In this document: positions 9,804 through 19,601 of the stretch, piece by piece | How positions within the stretch are numbered: position 1 is the first letter of the stretch | Layout: each line of letters starts with the position of its first letter | NCBI GenBank assembly: GCA_050251055.1 | Contig: JBFWNL010000007.1 | Location: forward strand, 1 to 64,000 | Reading direction: 5' to 3' | Source: Bacteriovoracia bacterium | GTDB taxonomy: Bacteria; Bdellovibrionota; UBA1018; JBFWNL01 | Length of the DNA: 64,000 bases | Notes under the pieces: model-generated | Told to the model about the DNA's origin: nothing | The model's input: only the letters and a program-made list of their open reading frames with translations | Database searches by the model: none | Translations under genes and position numbers: made by a program

Positions 9804-12335
9804 CTAGCGTTGCTCCGGCTCGTCCGGTTTCTCATTGGCCTGGACCGACGCCAAAGCCTCTTCTAGCATTCGAGCCCGGCGGTGATTCGGAAAGATCAGG
9901 AGCGCCTGGCGCAGCAATTCACGCGCCTCGGTCCGATGATCTCCCGATTCAATGCTGGTCAATCGCACGATCCGCGCCCAGAGTCGCGAGAACCTTCCCA
10001 GTTTCGCGTATGCCTCCGCCTCGGGCAATGGGGACTCTTCGAAGAGATTCGGGCGGGTTACCGGCCGCGCCGCCAAGAGTTCGTCGAGAACGACCAGAAA
10101 TTCGCGCGAGCCAAAGTGCGTGGTCGTGGCGGTGGAGAACTCCAGGATCGGCCGGTCGTCGGTATGGAGCGGACCCTGGCCGGCCACGCGCGCGTAGTCG
10201 TCGTCTGCCAGATAGAGGAAGTGGGGAATCTGATACGGGTGCTCGATGCCGATGTCGGCGAGATCCGCGCGGACTTCCGGGATGTGGAAATGCTCGAGCA
10301 GTCGGCGGGCGGACAGCCTTAACGGGCGGGGGGTTCCGATCAGCAGAGCGTAGCTCGAGGGAAGGTGATCGAAGTACCAGAGGGATGCGTGGGGAAAGAC
10401 GGAGCGGAATGTCCTCAGTAGCGTGCGTAACGACTCCACGTCCAGGCCCATCAACGAGATCCAGGCGCACGCAACGCCATCCGGCTGGAGCCGTGCGCGC
10501 ATCAGGGCGAAGTATTCGGCAGAGTAAAGATTGCCATTTTGTTTGTACTGAAGGTTCGTGACGTCCGTGGAGATCACGTCGTACCGAAACGAGGTGCGTT
10601 GGAGGTGGTCGCGCGCGTCGTTGAGGAAAACGCGCGTACGGGGGTGCGTGAGCGCGCCATTGTTCACGCCTTGAAAGAGCGGAGCCGTTGCAAGCACTTC
10701 GCTTTCGATTTCCACCACGTGAACGGTGGCGCCGTGGTGGATCAGGGAACGAGTTGTGCCACCGCTGCCGAATCCGACGGTGAGCGCGAGTCGGGGAGCG
10801 TCGGCCGCGCCTTCGTGCAGCATGAGGGGCAGGTGGGCCAGCATCTTCGCATCGACGCGCGCCGTTTCGACGGTGGAGGCGACCACCTGGTCGTCGATGG
10901 TGAGTTCGCGCTCCGGTCGGCTGCCGGCGAGCACGCGGCGCTCGCGCACGGCGACCGTCCCCGTGAGGCCGGCGCGGTAGTGGATCGTTTTCAAGCGGGA
11001 GTCTCGCGCGGATTGATGTACTCCTCCCGATTTAACCAAGGGCCCGACCCTGGAATAGAGTGGATTCCAAGCGGCGAAACTGCAAGCGAGCAGGGCCGCG
11101 GCGAGGGCGCCCCCAAAAATGCGGCGATCACGTTGAGGATGAAAGGCCAAGGCCGCCAGAAAGAAACCGACGCTCGCGAGCGATCCCGCGAGTCCCAAAT
11201 GGGGTACCAGGACAAAGTGGGCTAGCGCCGCCCCGACCGCCCCCGCCGCACAGCCGAAGCCGTTGACGTAGCCCGCGATTGTCCCCAACGGAACGCGGGT
11301 ATCTTTTTCCGTTAACGCGTGGCAGGCGACGGGAAATCCGGCGCCCAACACCAGACAAGGGGGAAGCATCAGCACGATGGCATATATAATTTCCCGAGCC
11401 ATGCCGGAGGGAAAACGCGCGTCGATTCTGGGGAATGTCCAATAAGCTATCCACGCGCTTAGCAGCGTGGCGAGGGCGGCGGCGATGCAAAGCCAGCGCA
11501 GTCGCGGTGACGGTGTTGACCCCGGTCTCTGTCTCCATCGGCCGGAAGTTAGGGCTAAACTTCCCAACGCATAGCCAGCCAGTAAAGTGGCGAGACCGAC
11601 GCCGAAACTGACCGAGCCATTGGCGTTAAAGATACCGAGCACGCGCAGCCAGATGATTTCGAGGGCCATCGCAGCGGCGGCGAAGCCGATGTAACGGGCT
11701 AGCGGAGGGAAGATTGCGAAGCGAATGCGAACGGGCGGCGAGGAGGCTACGGGCGCCGCATGGGCTAGCGTACGGGAGGAGGTGATTACGCAGACCGCCG
11801 CGGCAAAGCTCAGGGTAGCGGCGGCGTAGACGGTGCCTTGAATCCCTAACCAGGGTACCGCAAAAAAAATAGCGGTCAGACAGCCAGCCACTGCACCTAG
11901 GGTGTTGATCCCATATCCGAGCGCGGCGAGCCGTCCGGCGTTTCCGCTTGGACTCATCCGCTGCAACAGGTGGTGCATGAACGGGGTGGTAGAACCCATT
12001 GCACATGCGGGCAGCAGAAGCGCCAGCGCGCCCGGCCAATAGCGGGGGGAAATCGGCAGATGGGACAGCAGGTGGACTAAGGCGATGCCGGCAAGACCGA
12101 TCCCGATCTCGAGGGCCGCATACGTGGCTGCGGGTCGCTTCGGGTTTTTTGGGTAGGACGACACGAGTAGGCTTCCCAAGCCAAAGCCGAGTAATACCAA
12201 AGTCAAAACCCAGAAGTTTGAGATCGCCCCGGCCCCGTATAGAAGTAGGAACTGTCGCTGCCATATCATTTGGTAGGCGAGCGCGGCCATGCCGGAAAGG
12301 AAGAACGCGCTATTGATCAATAATCCCGCCATCAT
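9804..12335 (-). CDS. Fused MFS-like membrane domain / spermidine synthase-like SAM-binding protein
   Basis: FFLSGMAALAYQMIW, YAALEIGIG, multiple TMs, then VGFGSGGT, VVEIE, DARDHL, YDVISTD. Confidence 0.9.
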   Translation of the reverse strand: MMAGLLINSAFFLSGMAALAYQMIWQRQFLLLYGAGAISNFWVLTLVLLGFGLGSLLVSSYPKNPKRPAATYAALEIGIGLAGIALVHLLSHLPISPRYWPGALALLLPACAMGSTTPFMHHLLQRMSPSGNAGRLAALGYGINTLGAVAGCLTAIFFAVPWLGIQGTVYAAATLSFAAAVCVITSSRTLAHAAPVASSPPVRIRFAIFPPLARYIGFAAAAMALEIIWLRVLGIFNANGSVSFGVGLATLLAGYALGSLALTSGRWRQRPGSTPSPRLRWLCIAAALATLLSAWIAYWTFPRIDARFPSGMAREIIYAIVLMLPPCLVLGAGFPVACHALTEKDTRVPLGTIAGYVNGFGCAAGAVGAALAHFVLVPHLGLAGSLASVGFFLAALAFHPQRDRRIFGGALAAALLACSFAAWNPLYSRVGPLVKSGGVHQSARDSRLKTIHYRAGLTGTVAVRERRVLAGSRPERELTIDDQVVASTVETARVDAKMLAHLPLMLHEGAADAPRLALTVGFGSGGTTRSLIHHGATVHVVEIESEVLATAPLFQGVNNGALTHPRTRVFLNDARDHLQRTSFRYDVISTDVTNLQYKQNGNLYSAEYFALMRARLQPDGVACAWISLMGLDVESLRTLLRTFRSVFPHASLWYFDHLPSSYALLIGTPRPLRLSARRLLEHFHIPEVRADLADIGIEHPYQIPHFLYLADDDYARVAGQGPLHTDDRPILEFSTATTTHFGSREFLVVLDELLAARPVTRPNLFEESPLPEAEAYAKLGRFSRLWARIVRLTSIESGDHRTEARELLRQALLIFPNHRRARMLEEALASVQANEKPDEPEQR

Positions 12336-12445
12336 GCGGTAAGTTTGACACAGGTGCGTGGTCGGCCACCATGCCTTTGGCTACAAATTTTACAGGTTTT
12401 CTTAAAGATACGGTAAAATAGAGGGGAGCAGAAAGAGGCACGTGA

Positions 12446-13750
12446 GTGGATTTCCGTACTTTCGCGATCTACTGTAAGGTGGTCGGCGCGGCGTGCGCCG
12501 TAGGCGGCGTTTTTTCTGCTTCCGGCTGCATTCGGGTCGTATTGAACAACGGCGTGGACGGGAGTTCCGGCGGAGGAGGTAGCCCACCGGTGGCCGATGC
12601 GGGCTCCAATCAAACCACGACCGCGGGCAATCTGATTACTTTGGACGCGACTGCGTCGCGCGATCCCGACGGCGCGGCCTTGAGTTTCAGCTGGGCCCAA
12701 ACGGCCGGGACCGCCGCGACGCTGACGGGCTCCAACTCCGCCCAGCCCACTTTCATTGCGCCGGATGTGACGGCCAAGGAAGCCCTTAAATTCACGGTCA
12801 CGGTCAGCGACGGATCCGACAGCGCGACGGATACCACTACCGTTGATGTCGCCCCGGACCCGACGCTCGTCGGACCTTACGAGGGATTGGGTTTGCCGAG
12901 CGTCTTGAACTTGACTGATCAGACCTTGGGTACCACTACGATTACTTCTTCTCGCACGAGCCCCTATTCCCGGCGCACTTTGACGATTAATGGCACGGTG
13001 ACCCCAGCAAGCGGGCAGGCCATTTTCATCCGATGTGATGAGCTCGTGCTCGCGGGTTCCGCGATTATCGACGTGAAGGACGCGAACGGCACGGCGGGTT
13101 CGACGGTCGGCGGCGGCGGTGGCGCGGGAGCCTTCGGCGGCGGCGGTGGCGCGGGCGTAGGTATGACGGGCTTTGGGACCGCGGCCGGTGGTCGAGGCGG
13201 TGGTACCGGAGGGGCCGCGGCCGTTGGCAACCAAAGCGGTGGCACCGGTGGGGCGGCGGGCTCCGCTAGCACCGCATACGCGGGAAGTTTTTCCTATGGC
13301 AACGGAGGTAATGGTGGCGCCGGTAGCACGTCCGGCGGTGCCGGGGGCGCGGTTGGCGCGGGTTCGGATGGTATGGGCGGCGGCGGCGGCGGCGGCGGCG
13401 CCATTGTAGGCAGCACTTCGGCGGGCGGCGGTGGTGGTGGCGGTGGCGGTGGATTGATCGTCGTCGCATGTAATCGCGTCACGGGTACGGCATCCTTACT
13501 TGCCCAGGGAGGCAACGGTGGCAACGGCGTCGCCGGTGCTCGTGGGCAGTCCATTGGCGCAGGTGCCGGTGGTGGTGGTGGTGGCGTGATCTGGGCGGCA
13601 TTTGACAGCTACTCCAATAATTTTACCACTACGAACGTCAATCCCGGCGCGGCGGGCTCGACCGGTACCGCTGGGACCGCCGCGACATCCGGCACGAAAA
13701 CGATTTACGATTTGGATCTGAACGCACAGTCGTTCGGAGGAACGTGGTAA
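12446..13750 (+). CDS. Gly-rich exported protein with PKD/Ig-like domain (probable lipoprotein)
   Basis: SASGC lipobox-like; PVADAG..Q...ITLDATASRDPDG..LSFSWAQ..G PKD motif; long GGGG-rich C-terminal half. Confidence 0.85.
   Translation: MDFRTFAIYCKVVGAACAVGGVFSASGCIRVVLNNGVDGSSGGGGSPPVADAGSNQTTTAGNLITLDATASRDPDGAALSFSWAQTAGTAATLTGSNSAQPTFIAPDVTAKEALKFTVTVSDGSDSATDTTTVDVAPDPTLVGPYEGLGLPSVLNLTDQTLGTTTITSSRTSPYSRRTLTINGTVTPASGQAIFIRCDELVLAGSAIIDVKDANGTAGSTVGGGGGAGAFGGGGGAGVGMTGFGTAAGGRGGGTGGAAAVGNQSGGTGGAAGSASTAYAGSFSYGNGGNGGAGSTSGGAGGAVGAGSDGMGGGGGGGGAIVGSTSAGGGGGGGGGGLIVVACNRVTGTASLLAQGGNGGNGVAGARGQSIGAGAGGGGGGVIWAAFDSYSNNFTTTNVNPGAAGSTGTAGTAATSGTKTIYDLDLNAQSFGGTW
13376..13399 (+). repeat. 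(GGC)8 trinucleotide tract encoding poly-Gly
   Basis: Eight consecutive GGC units inside the Gly-rich CDS. Confidence 0.8.
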
Positions 13751-13848
13751 GTGCATGCTGGCGGTGACCGGCATTTTTTTCCCAGCTAAATCGGTCGTCC
13801 TATTAAATTTCGTCCCCGGGCACCCGCATTCTCCAGTAAGCTAAGGAA

Positions 13849-14823
13849 ATGAGAATCAAGTTTTGGGGCGCGCGCGGGTCATTGCCGTCCCCTTACTTAC
13901 CCGAACAGCTCCAACGCCGTCTCCGCACCTTGCTCGAAGATTTCTTTGAGGCCGGCTACAAGTCGAAGGCCGACGTGCAGTCTTATCTTTCGGGCCTTCC
14001 GCCGGCGAAGCTCGGTGGCTACGGCGGAAACACGCCTTGCCTCGAGGTGCAGTCGCCTGAACAGAATCTCATCATCGATGGCGGGAGCGGCATCCGCCTC
14101 TTGGGCTATAAGCTCATGAGCGGCGCCTGTGGCAAAGGCAAGGGTGAGGTGCACATTCTCTTTACCCACTTTCACTGGGACCATTTGATCGGCATCCCGT
14201 TCTTCACGCCGATCTTCATTCCAGGCAACACCATTCACGTCTACGCGGTGCAGCCCGAGCTACCCGACGTTTTCAAAATCCTCTTTAGAAAACCTTATTT
14301 TCCCGTGCCGCTCGAAAATCTGGGAGCGAAGATTGTTTATCACCAGCTTGAGCCGCGTAAGCCACACAAGTTCAAGGACATCACCGTGACGCCGTATCAG
14401 CTCGACCACCCGGATCCTTGCTGGGGCTACCGCATGGAGAGCGGGGGCCGCGTATTTTCTCATTGCGTGGACACGGAATGCACGCGAGTCACGCGCGAGG
14501 ACTTGGGGCCAGATCTCCCGCTTTACCAAGGCGTGGACTTGATGGTGTTCGACGCGCAGTACACGCTGATGGAGACGATCGAGAAAGTGGATTGGGGGCA
14601 TGCGGCCGCGTCGCTCGGAATCGATATCGCCCTACGTGAGAAGATCAAGCGTGTGCTCTTCATGCACCACGACCCCGCGTCCGACGACGATAAGATCGCC
14701 ACCGCCGAAGCCGAAGCCCGTCGCTACTACTTGAGCCAGCTCAAGGCTGCTAAGCGCGTGGGGAACGATGCCGGCGAAATTGATTGGTCTTTCGCCTACG
14801 AAGGCCTCGAAGTAGACGTTTAA
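13849..14823 (+). CDS. MBL-fold metallo-hydrolase
   Basis: FWGARGS, YGGNTPC, THFHWDH, DAQYT, WGH and HHDP motifs. Confidence 0.92.
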   Translation: MRIKFWGARGSLPSPYLPEQLQRRLRTLLEDFFEAGYKSKADVQSYLSGLPPAKLGGYGGNTPCLEVQSPEQNLIIDGGSGIRLLGYKLMSGACGKGKGEVHILFTHFHWDHLIGIPFFTPIFIPGNTIHVYAVQPELPDVFKILFRKPYFPVPLENLGAKIVYHQLEPRKPHKFKDITVTPYQLDHPDPCWGYRMESGGRVFSHCVDTECTRVTREDLGPDLPLYQGVDLMVFDAQYTLMETIEKVDWGHAAASLGIDIALREKIKRVLFMHHDPASDDDKIATAEAEARRYYLSQLKAAKRVGNDAGEIDWSFAYEGLEVDV

Positions 14824-14847
14824 GTTGCGCCGTGTTATAACCGCGGC

Positions 14848-15147
14848 ATGAGTTTCACCCCCCAAGAATATTACATTCTGGATCACGCTTGGACGGATCC
14901 CGCGCGCATCGCGCGTGAGCGTGAACGCGCGCGCAAGCTCAAGAAGTCCAATTGGTGGAATCAACGCGTGCAGCAAGGCTGTCATTATTGTGGCGGTAAA
15001 TTCGCGGGAAAAGATCTCACGCTCGATCACGTCGTACCACTCGCTCGGGGCGGCACGAGCACGCCCGGCAACTGCGTGGCCGCGTGCCGCAAATGCAATC
15101 GCGATAAGAAGTTATCCACGCCCGCTGAGCAGCTCTTGACCCCCTGA
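14848..15147 (+). CDS. Small HNH endonuclease
   Basis: CHYC...LTLDHVVPLARGG...NCVAACRKCN. Confidence 0.9.
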   Translation: MSFTPQEYYILDHAWTDPARIARERERARKLKKSNWWNQRVQQGCHYCGGKFAGKDLTLDHVVPLARGGTSTPGNCVAACRKCNRDKKLSTPAEQLLTP

Positions 15148-15191
15148 TGTTTCGTTGCCAACCCGCTTTTTTCTTCCTAAACTAGCCGGAA

Positions 15192-16439
15192 GTGGCTACT
15201 CCTTTGAATGTGTTCAGCATTCTCATCTTCTGGCTCAGTTTATGGGCCACGGGCGCCCAGGCTTCCGACGTGCGGGGATATCGCGATCATGTTTCGCCCG
15301 ACTACGCGTTTCCGGGGCCAGCTAGTCCATTTTTAAAAGACCCCGAGGGTGGAGTAGAAACCGCGTTCTGCGCGGAATGGAATCCGGATTTTGTGTTTCG
15401 GGGCGCGCGCTGCTGCGGGGGCCGCGCTCCCGCCACCCGGCGCAAGCGGGGCCAACCCTACTGCACGCCCCAGCGCTCCAAAGCCAATTTCTGCGACGAG
15501 ATGACGCGCGATCAGCGGGACTACATCGCGGCAGTGGCTTCGGGTTCGGTGAAGGACGTGATGACTTCCGTACAGGAATCCATCCGCTACGAAGTCGGCC
15601 AGGTGGCCGGTCGTTCCTATTGCAGCACCAATAACGGATTTCTCGCGTGGGGCCGTCCGATCGTGCCCACTTCGCACAACCGCCTTTGGCTGAAACGCCC
15701 CGATCGCTGCACGAATTTCGCCACCGACGGGATGGTGGGCATGTTCGAGCACTTGGGCCGCAAGTTTTCGGAGCGCTATCCGGCTGCGGACTATCCCGGC
15801 TCCTACATCGTGTTGGGAGATGTCTCGGCGCCGCGCGGGGGTTGCCTGGCCGGCAAGATGGGCCGCCGGGGGCACGCCTCGCATACCAATGGCCGTGACG
15901 CGGACGTGGGTTTTATTGAAGCGAAGCCGGGGCGTTCGGAGAAACCTGGTTTTGTTTTTACGCGCCATTTCGAACCCGAAGCCAATTGGTGGTTCGTGAA
16001 GCAGATGTTTCAAAATCCGTTTGTCTGCGTGAAGGCAATTTTCCTCGACCGCTCCTTGATTAAAAAGTTGGCGAAGGTCGCGGCCGGAGATCCCGATTGG
16101 ACCCGCTACGGGCGGTACATTCGACACGTCAAACGTCACAAAGAGCACTTCCATGTCCGCGTCGGTGAGCGTCCGGGTGCACCCGGTTGCCCGGAGGGCG
16201 GTCTCCTGCCGGACTCGGAAAACGAAGAAGAAATGATCGAGGCGGAGCGGGAGCCATCGCTGCCCGAGGGCTCTGAAGTCATGGAAAAGCCCGCGCCCCA
16301 ACCCACCGCTGGCCTAGTTATCAGGATGAGTTTTATGTCTATAGGGATAACTGCTTCGTCAGGACGCCCGATTCGGAAATTCGATCTGATATTCTTACCT
16401 ATCTCCAGGAAAGTGAAAAATTACGCAGCAAGGCTGTAA
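15192..16439 (+). CDS. Penicillin-insensitive murein endopeptidase (MepA-like); C-terminus runs into foreign DNA
   Basis: Signal peptide, GDVS..RGG, GHASHTNGRDADV, RHKEHFHVR; last ~40 codons lie in lower-GC island sequence. Confidence 0.8.
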   Translation: MATPLNVFSILIFWLSLWATGAQASDVRGYRDHVSPDYAFPGPASPFLKDPEGGVETAFCAEWNPDFVFRGARCCGGRAPATRRKRGQPYCTPQRSKANFCDEMTRDQRDYIAAVASGSVKDVMTSVQESIRYEVGQVAGRSYCSTNNGFLAWGRPIVPTSHNRLWLKRPDRCTNFATDGMVGMFEHLGRKFSERYPAADYPGSYIVLGDVSAPRGGCLAGKMGRRGHASHTNGRDADVGFIEAKPGRSEKPGFVFTRHFEPEANWWFVKQMFQNPFVCVKAIFLDRSLIKKLAKVAAGDPDWTRYGRYIRHVKRHKEHFHVRVGERPGAPGCPEGGLLPDSENEEEMIEAEREPSLPEGSEVMEKPAPQPTAGLVIRMSFMSIGITASSGRPIRKFDLIFLPISRKVKNYAARL

Positions 16440-17635
16440 ATAATTTTGTCAGCAATGTGATGGCGAATATCGCTGCGATAGTGCGAATTCCGGCTGATAT
16501 AAAAATACCCTGTTTTTTAGGCTCTGACCAAGGGTGCGAGAAGCGATTTATTTCTTTAAGGAATGGCATCTTGGACCTGGAGGCGGCACTAAATCTCAAG
16601 GGTAAGGACGGAATCATCCTTCCGCATTCTCCATCCTTCTTCTCCACAAGCTGTCTACCATATGACTATAATCCTAAGGCAAAACCCCCAAGCTTGTGGA
16701 TGGTTTTTTTGGCGCAAGCGTTGCCGGAGTTGGCGGACCAGGAATTACTCCAGGAATGGTTTGGCTACAATTTGGTTTTTGATACTAGCTTTCACAAATT
16801 TATGCTTTTGACCGGCGATGGCGCAAATGGAAAGGGTGTTGTTTTTACGGTATTGCGATGCTTGCTCGGAGATGAAAATACATCCGCCGTAGGTCTTGAG
16901 CAATTTAATGCAAGCAGAACATTCCCGCTTTCTGCAACGGTTGGAAAACTCGCAAATATTGTCGAAGAAATCGGAGAGATGGATAGGATTGCTGAGGGCC
17001 TAATTAAAGACTTTGTCTCAGCGGGTAGGTTGACTATCGAAAGAAAACACAAAGACCCATTTGAAATTGTGCCCACTGCACGGATGACCCTTGGAACGAA
17101 CGTTTTGCCCAGATTTAAAGATTCTAGTTCTGGTATTTGGCGTAGGATGCTTCTTCTTTCTATGGATAGTCAGATATTGGATGAGTCGCAGCAAGATCGG
17201 CGTCTTATTGATTCTGATTTTTGGACAAGATCTAATGAGCTGGAAGGAATATTTGTCTGGGCATTGCAAGGCTTGTTGCGTCTTCGAAAAAATAACAAAT
17301 TTACTGAATCCGTGCACTCCAGAGAGGTGAAGTGCGCTTACTTCAGTGAGTTGAACCCGACGACAACTTATCTTCTGGACTATTGCGCCGAACGGCCTGG
17401 TTCGATTACCCCATCAAGAGTGCTTTATCAGAGTTATCGAGCCTGGATGCAGGCCCACGGAGAAAATCCACTTTCTGCTGGGCAGTTTGCGTCAAGAATT
17501 CGAAAGGTTTTTCAGAAAGTCGAATTAAGCAAGCATCCGCGTAGGCACTTAAATTACCGCACGAGGGAATGGATTAATCTTTCGTATTCCCATCATGAGG
17601 AAAATTTTGGCACGGGTGGCACTACGGATTACTGA
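16316..17635 (+). pseudogene. P4/D5-family primase-helicase, 5'-truncated
   Basis: LRNGILDL, LQEWFGY, Walker A GDGANGKG, SF3 region GKLANIVEE; frame continues upstream of 16457 (YQDEFYVY...) with no start codon and no primase domain. Confidence 0.8.
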
Positions 17636-17733
17636 TATGGCAAAACCAAATTTAGACGGAGAGGAAAGTATTGGTAAAAAGAAAACCCTTCCTTGGTGTG
17701 CCATACGTGTCGGGAGCTCGGATAGGGGGAACT

Positions 17734-18009
17734 ATGCATGAACCCACTCAAGTTCCTGAGCTATATTCTCCAAGGGAAATTGCTAAATTATTAAAAGTTC
17801 CAATTGGCACAATTTATTACTGGGTAAGCCGTAGAGAAGTTCCTTTTTTAAAAATCGGAAAGCATCTTCGATTTAACTATTTGGAAGTGCTTAGAAAGTT
17901 TGAATCTAGTTCAGTCACTTGCTTTGGTGACGCCGTACACCTAGGATCGCACGTTCGATCTTTGAAAACTAAGGATTCAGACCATGCCGAACTCCGCAGA
18001 AAGGAGTGA
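17734..18009 (+). CDS. Excisionase-like HTH DNA-binding protein
   Basis: LYSPREIAKLLKVPIGTIYYWVSRREVPFLKIGKHLRF; GGGGGA RBS; directly upstream of integrase. Confidence 0.85.
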   Translation: MHEPTQVPELYSPREIAKLLKVPIGTIYYWVSRREVPFLKIGKHLRFNYLEVLRKFESSSVTCFGDAVHLGSHVRSLKTKDSDHAELRRKE

Positions 18010-18012
18010 TGC

Positions 18013-19155
18013 ATGGCTATTATCAAGCGTTATCGAAAAACAAAGGGACAGGTGTATCAGGTGAAAGTGAAGGGTTCGGACGGTCGGTGGATTACCGATA
18101 CTTTCGAAACCCGAGCGGAAGCCGAAAAACGGGAGGCCGAGCTCGTCCTAGAAAAGCGAAGCGGGGGTTTTGTAACGAACCTATCGAGGCAGCTTTCCGT
18201 GGCAGAGTATTTCACCACCTGGGCGAAGGAGAATATTAGCTCCGACGCCTCCTTAGGGTGGAAGAAAAGCCAGCACCAGATGTTTCAGTCTTACGTCCAG
18301 CCCGTGATCGGTCAGGCGAAGCTTCAGCAGCTCAATCCTGGCATGGTGGCCCGTGTGCTGAACCGGGTGGCTGAGATGGGTCGTGGGCCTGCGACTCGGC
18401 TTCACGTCTATGGCCTAATGCACAAGATGTTCGGAGACGCGGTGGAGCTGTACGACCTTTTGCCTCGTAACCCGGTCATCCGGAAGCTTCGGCCGAAGGT
18501 GCCGCAGAAGGAGAGCCCCTATCTAGAAATGGATGAGGTGATAAAGCTTCTGCGGTTCGTGGAGGGAAAGTCGTATCGGATTGCGATCTGGCTTCAGCTC
18601 TTGGCTGGGCTGCGGGTTGGGGAGGTTCAATATCTCAAATGGGAGCATGTCGACCTAAAGAACGGCGTGATCCATGTTCGGGGAACCTTTCGTCGCAAGG
18701 AAGGGCAATTCTACGATCTTCCCAAGGGCAAGAAGTGGCACCGCGTGAAGATGCCGCCCGAACTCTGGGAGGTCCTGAGGCAGGAGCGCCAGGGCTCCCA
18801 ATCAGAGTTTGTGGTTTTATCGCCTACCCAGCCTGTTCTGAACTATTACGGGTATGTCTATGCGCTACGTTCTTATTGTAAGCAGTTAGGCATACGAAGG
18901 ATTGGAACGCATGGGCTTCGACATTCGACGGCAGAAATCTATATGAACCACGGCGCAAGCCGCGGGGATCTGCGGATGTTGTTTGCGCATTCAACCGATC
19001 AAATGACTGACCGGTACGTCCATGACAAAGGGCGGAGACTAGATGAGGTGGCTGACAACGTCTATCTCTTCAGGCCGCGAGTGCAGACTCGCAATGAAGA
19101 GCAAAACGAACCAGTTTCCCTAAAGTTTCCCCATTCGGAAAAAATTCGGAAATAA
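18013..19155 (+). CDS. Tyrosine recombinase/integrase
   Basis: GLRVGEV (R), HGLRHS (HxxR), FAH and TDRY catalytic residues; AAGGAG RBS. Confidence 0.96.
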   Translation: MAIIKRYRKTKGQVYQVKVKGSDGRWITDTFETRAEAEKREAELVLEKRSGGFVTNLSRQLSVAEYFTTWAKENISSDASLGWKKSQHQMFQSYVQPVIGQAKLQQLNPGMVARVLNRVAEMGRGPATRLHVYGLMHKMFGDAVELYDLLPRNPVIRKLRPKVPQKESPYLEMDEVIKLLRFVEGKSYRIAIWLQLLAGLRVGEVQYLKWEHVDLKNGVIHVRGTFRRKEGQFYDLPKGKKWHRVKMPPELWEVLRQERQGSQSEFVVLSPTQPVLNYYGYVYALRSYCKQLGIRRIGTHGLRHSTAEIYMNHGASRGDLRMLFAHSTDQMTDRYVHDKGRRLDEVADNVYLFRPRVQTRNEEQNEPVSLKFPHSEKIRK

Positions 19156-19199
19156 GCGTAGCGTGGGTTTTGAAGGAATTTTCTAAGCCTATGAAAGTA

Positions 19200-19287
19200 T
19201 GGCGGAGAGAGTGAGATTCGAACTCACGGTGGGTTTCCCCACACACGCTTTCGAGGCGTGCTCCTTCAGCCACTCGGACATCTCTCC
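19200..19287 (-). tRNA. tRNA-Ser(CGA)
   Basis: Reverse complement GGAGAGATGTCCGAGTGG...CT-CGA-AA...long variable arm...GTTCGAATC...TCTCTCCGCCA, with encoded CCA. Confidence 0.97.
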
Positions 19288-19317
19288 GCTGTAAGTGAGT
19301 CCCCTGGGTCTAGCACA

Positions 19318-19599
19318 TTATTTTCGACGCGCCAATGCCTGGTGGTGGCGGGTCGCCGCGGCTAGGAACCTTTTTCGGGCGGCGGCGGAGGGCTGGAAGG
19401 GGAGGGGAACGAGAGTCCAGCCGCCTTCCTTTTTCTTGATGTCGGCCCAGCGCTTTTCGTCTTTAAAGTGAAAGTGCAGAAAGGGGACGGATTTATAGTA
19501 GAAAACGCCGCGGCTCTTTTCGCGGATGTTTTCCCAGCCTTTGATGGTCTCCAGGATATCCGCTACATCGCGGACTTGTTCTATGCTGCAATGCGCCAT
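19318..19599 (-). CDS. Small hypothetical protein
   Basis: IREKSRGVFYYKSVPFLHFH; starts 3 nt after the stop of the upstream paiB-like gene. Confidence 0.7.
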   Translation of the reverse strand: MAHCSIEQVRDVADILETIKGWENIREKSRGVFYYKSVPFLHFHFKDEKRWADIKKKEGGWTLVPLPFQPSAAARKRFLAAATRHHQALARRK

Positions 19600-19601
19600 A
19601 A

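Larger units (their letters stand above)
16312..19199. mobile_element. Integrative element/prophage-satellite remnant at tRNA-Ser 3' end
   Basis: Abrupt drop in GC near 16312; primase-helicase, excisionase and integrase genes; ends at the tRNA CCA end; left att site not found. Confidence 0.85.

Noticed and set aside
14848-15147. HNH nuclease next to an MBL hydrolase as a possible defence system
   Set aside because: Both look like widespread stand-alone families with host-like composition and separate promoter-like boxes
19070-19273. 67-aa minus-strand ORF MAEGARLESVCG...
   Set aside because: It is a translation of the tRNA-Ser gene and antisense integrase sequence
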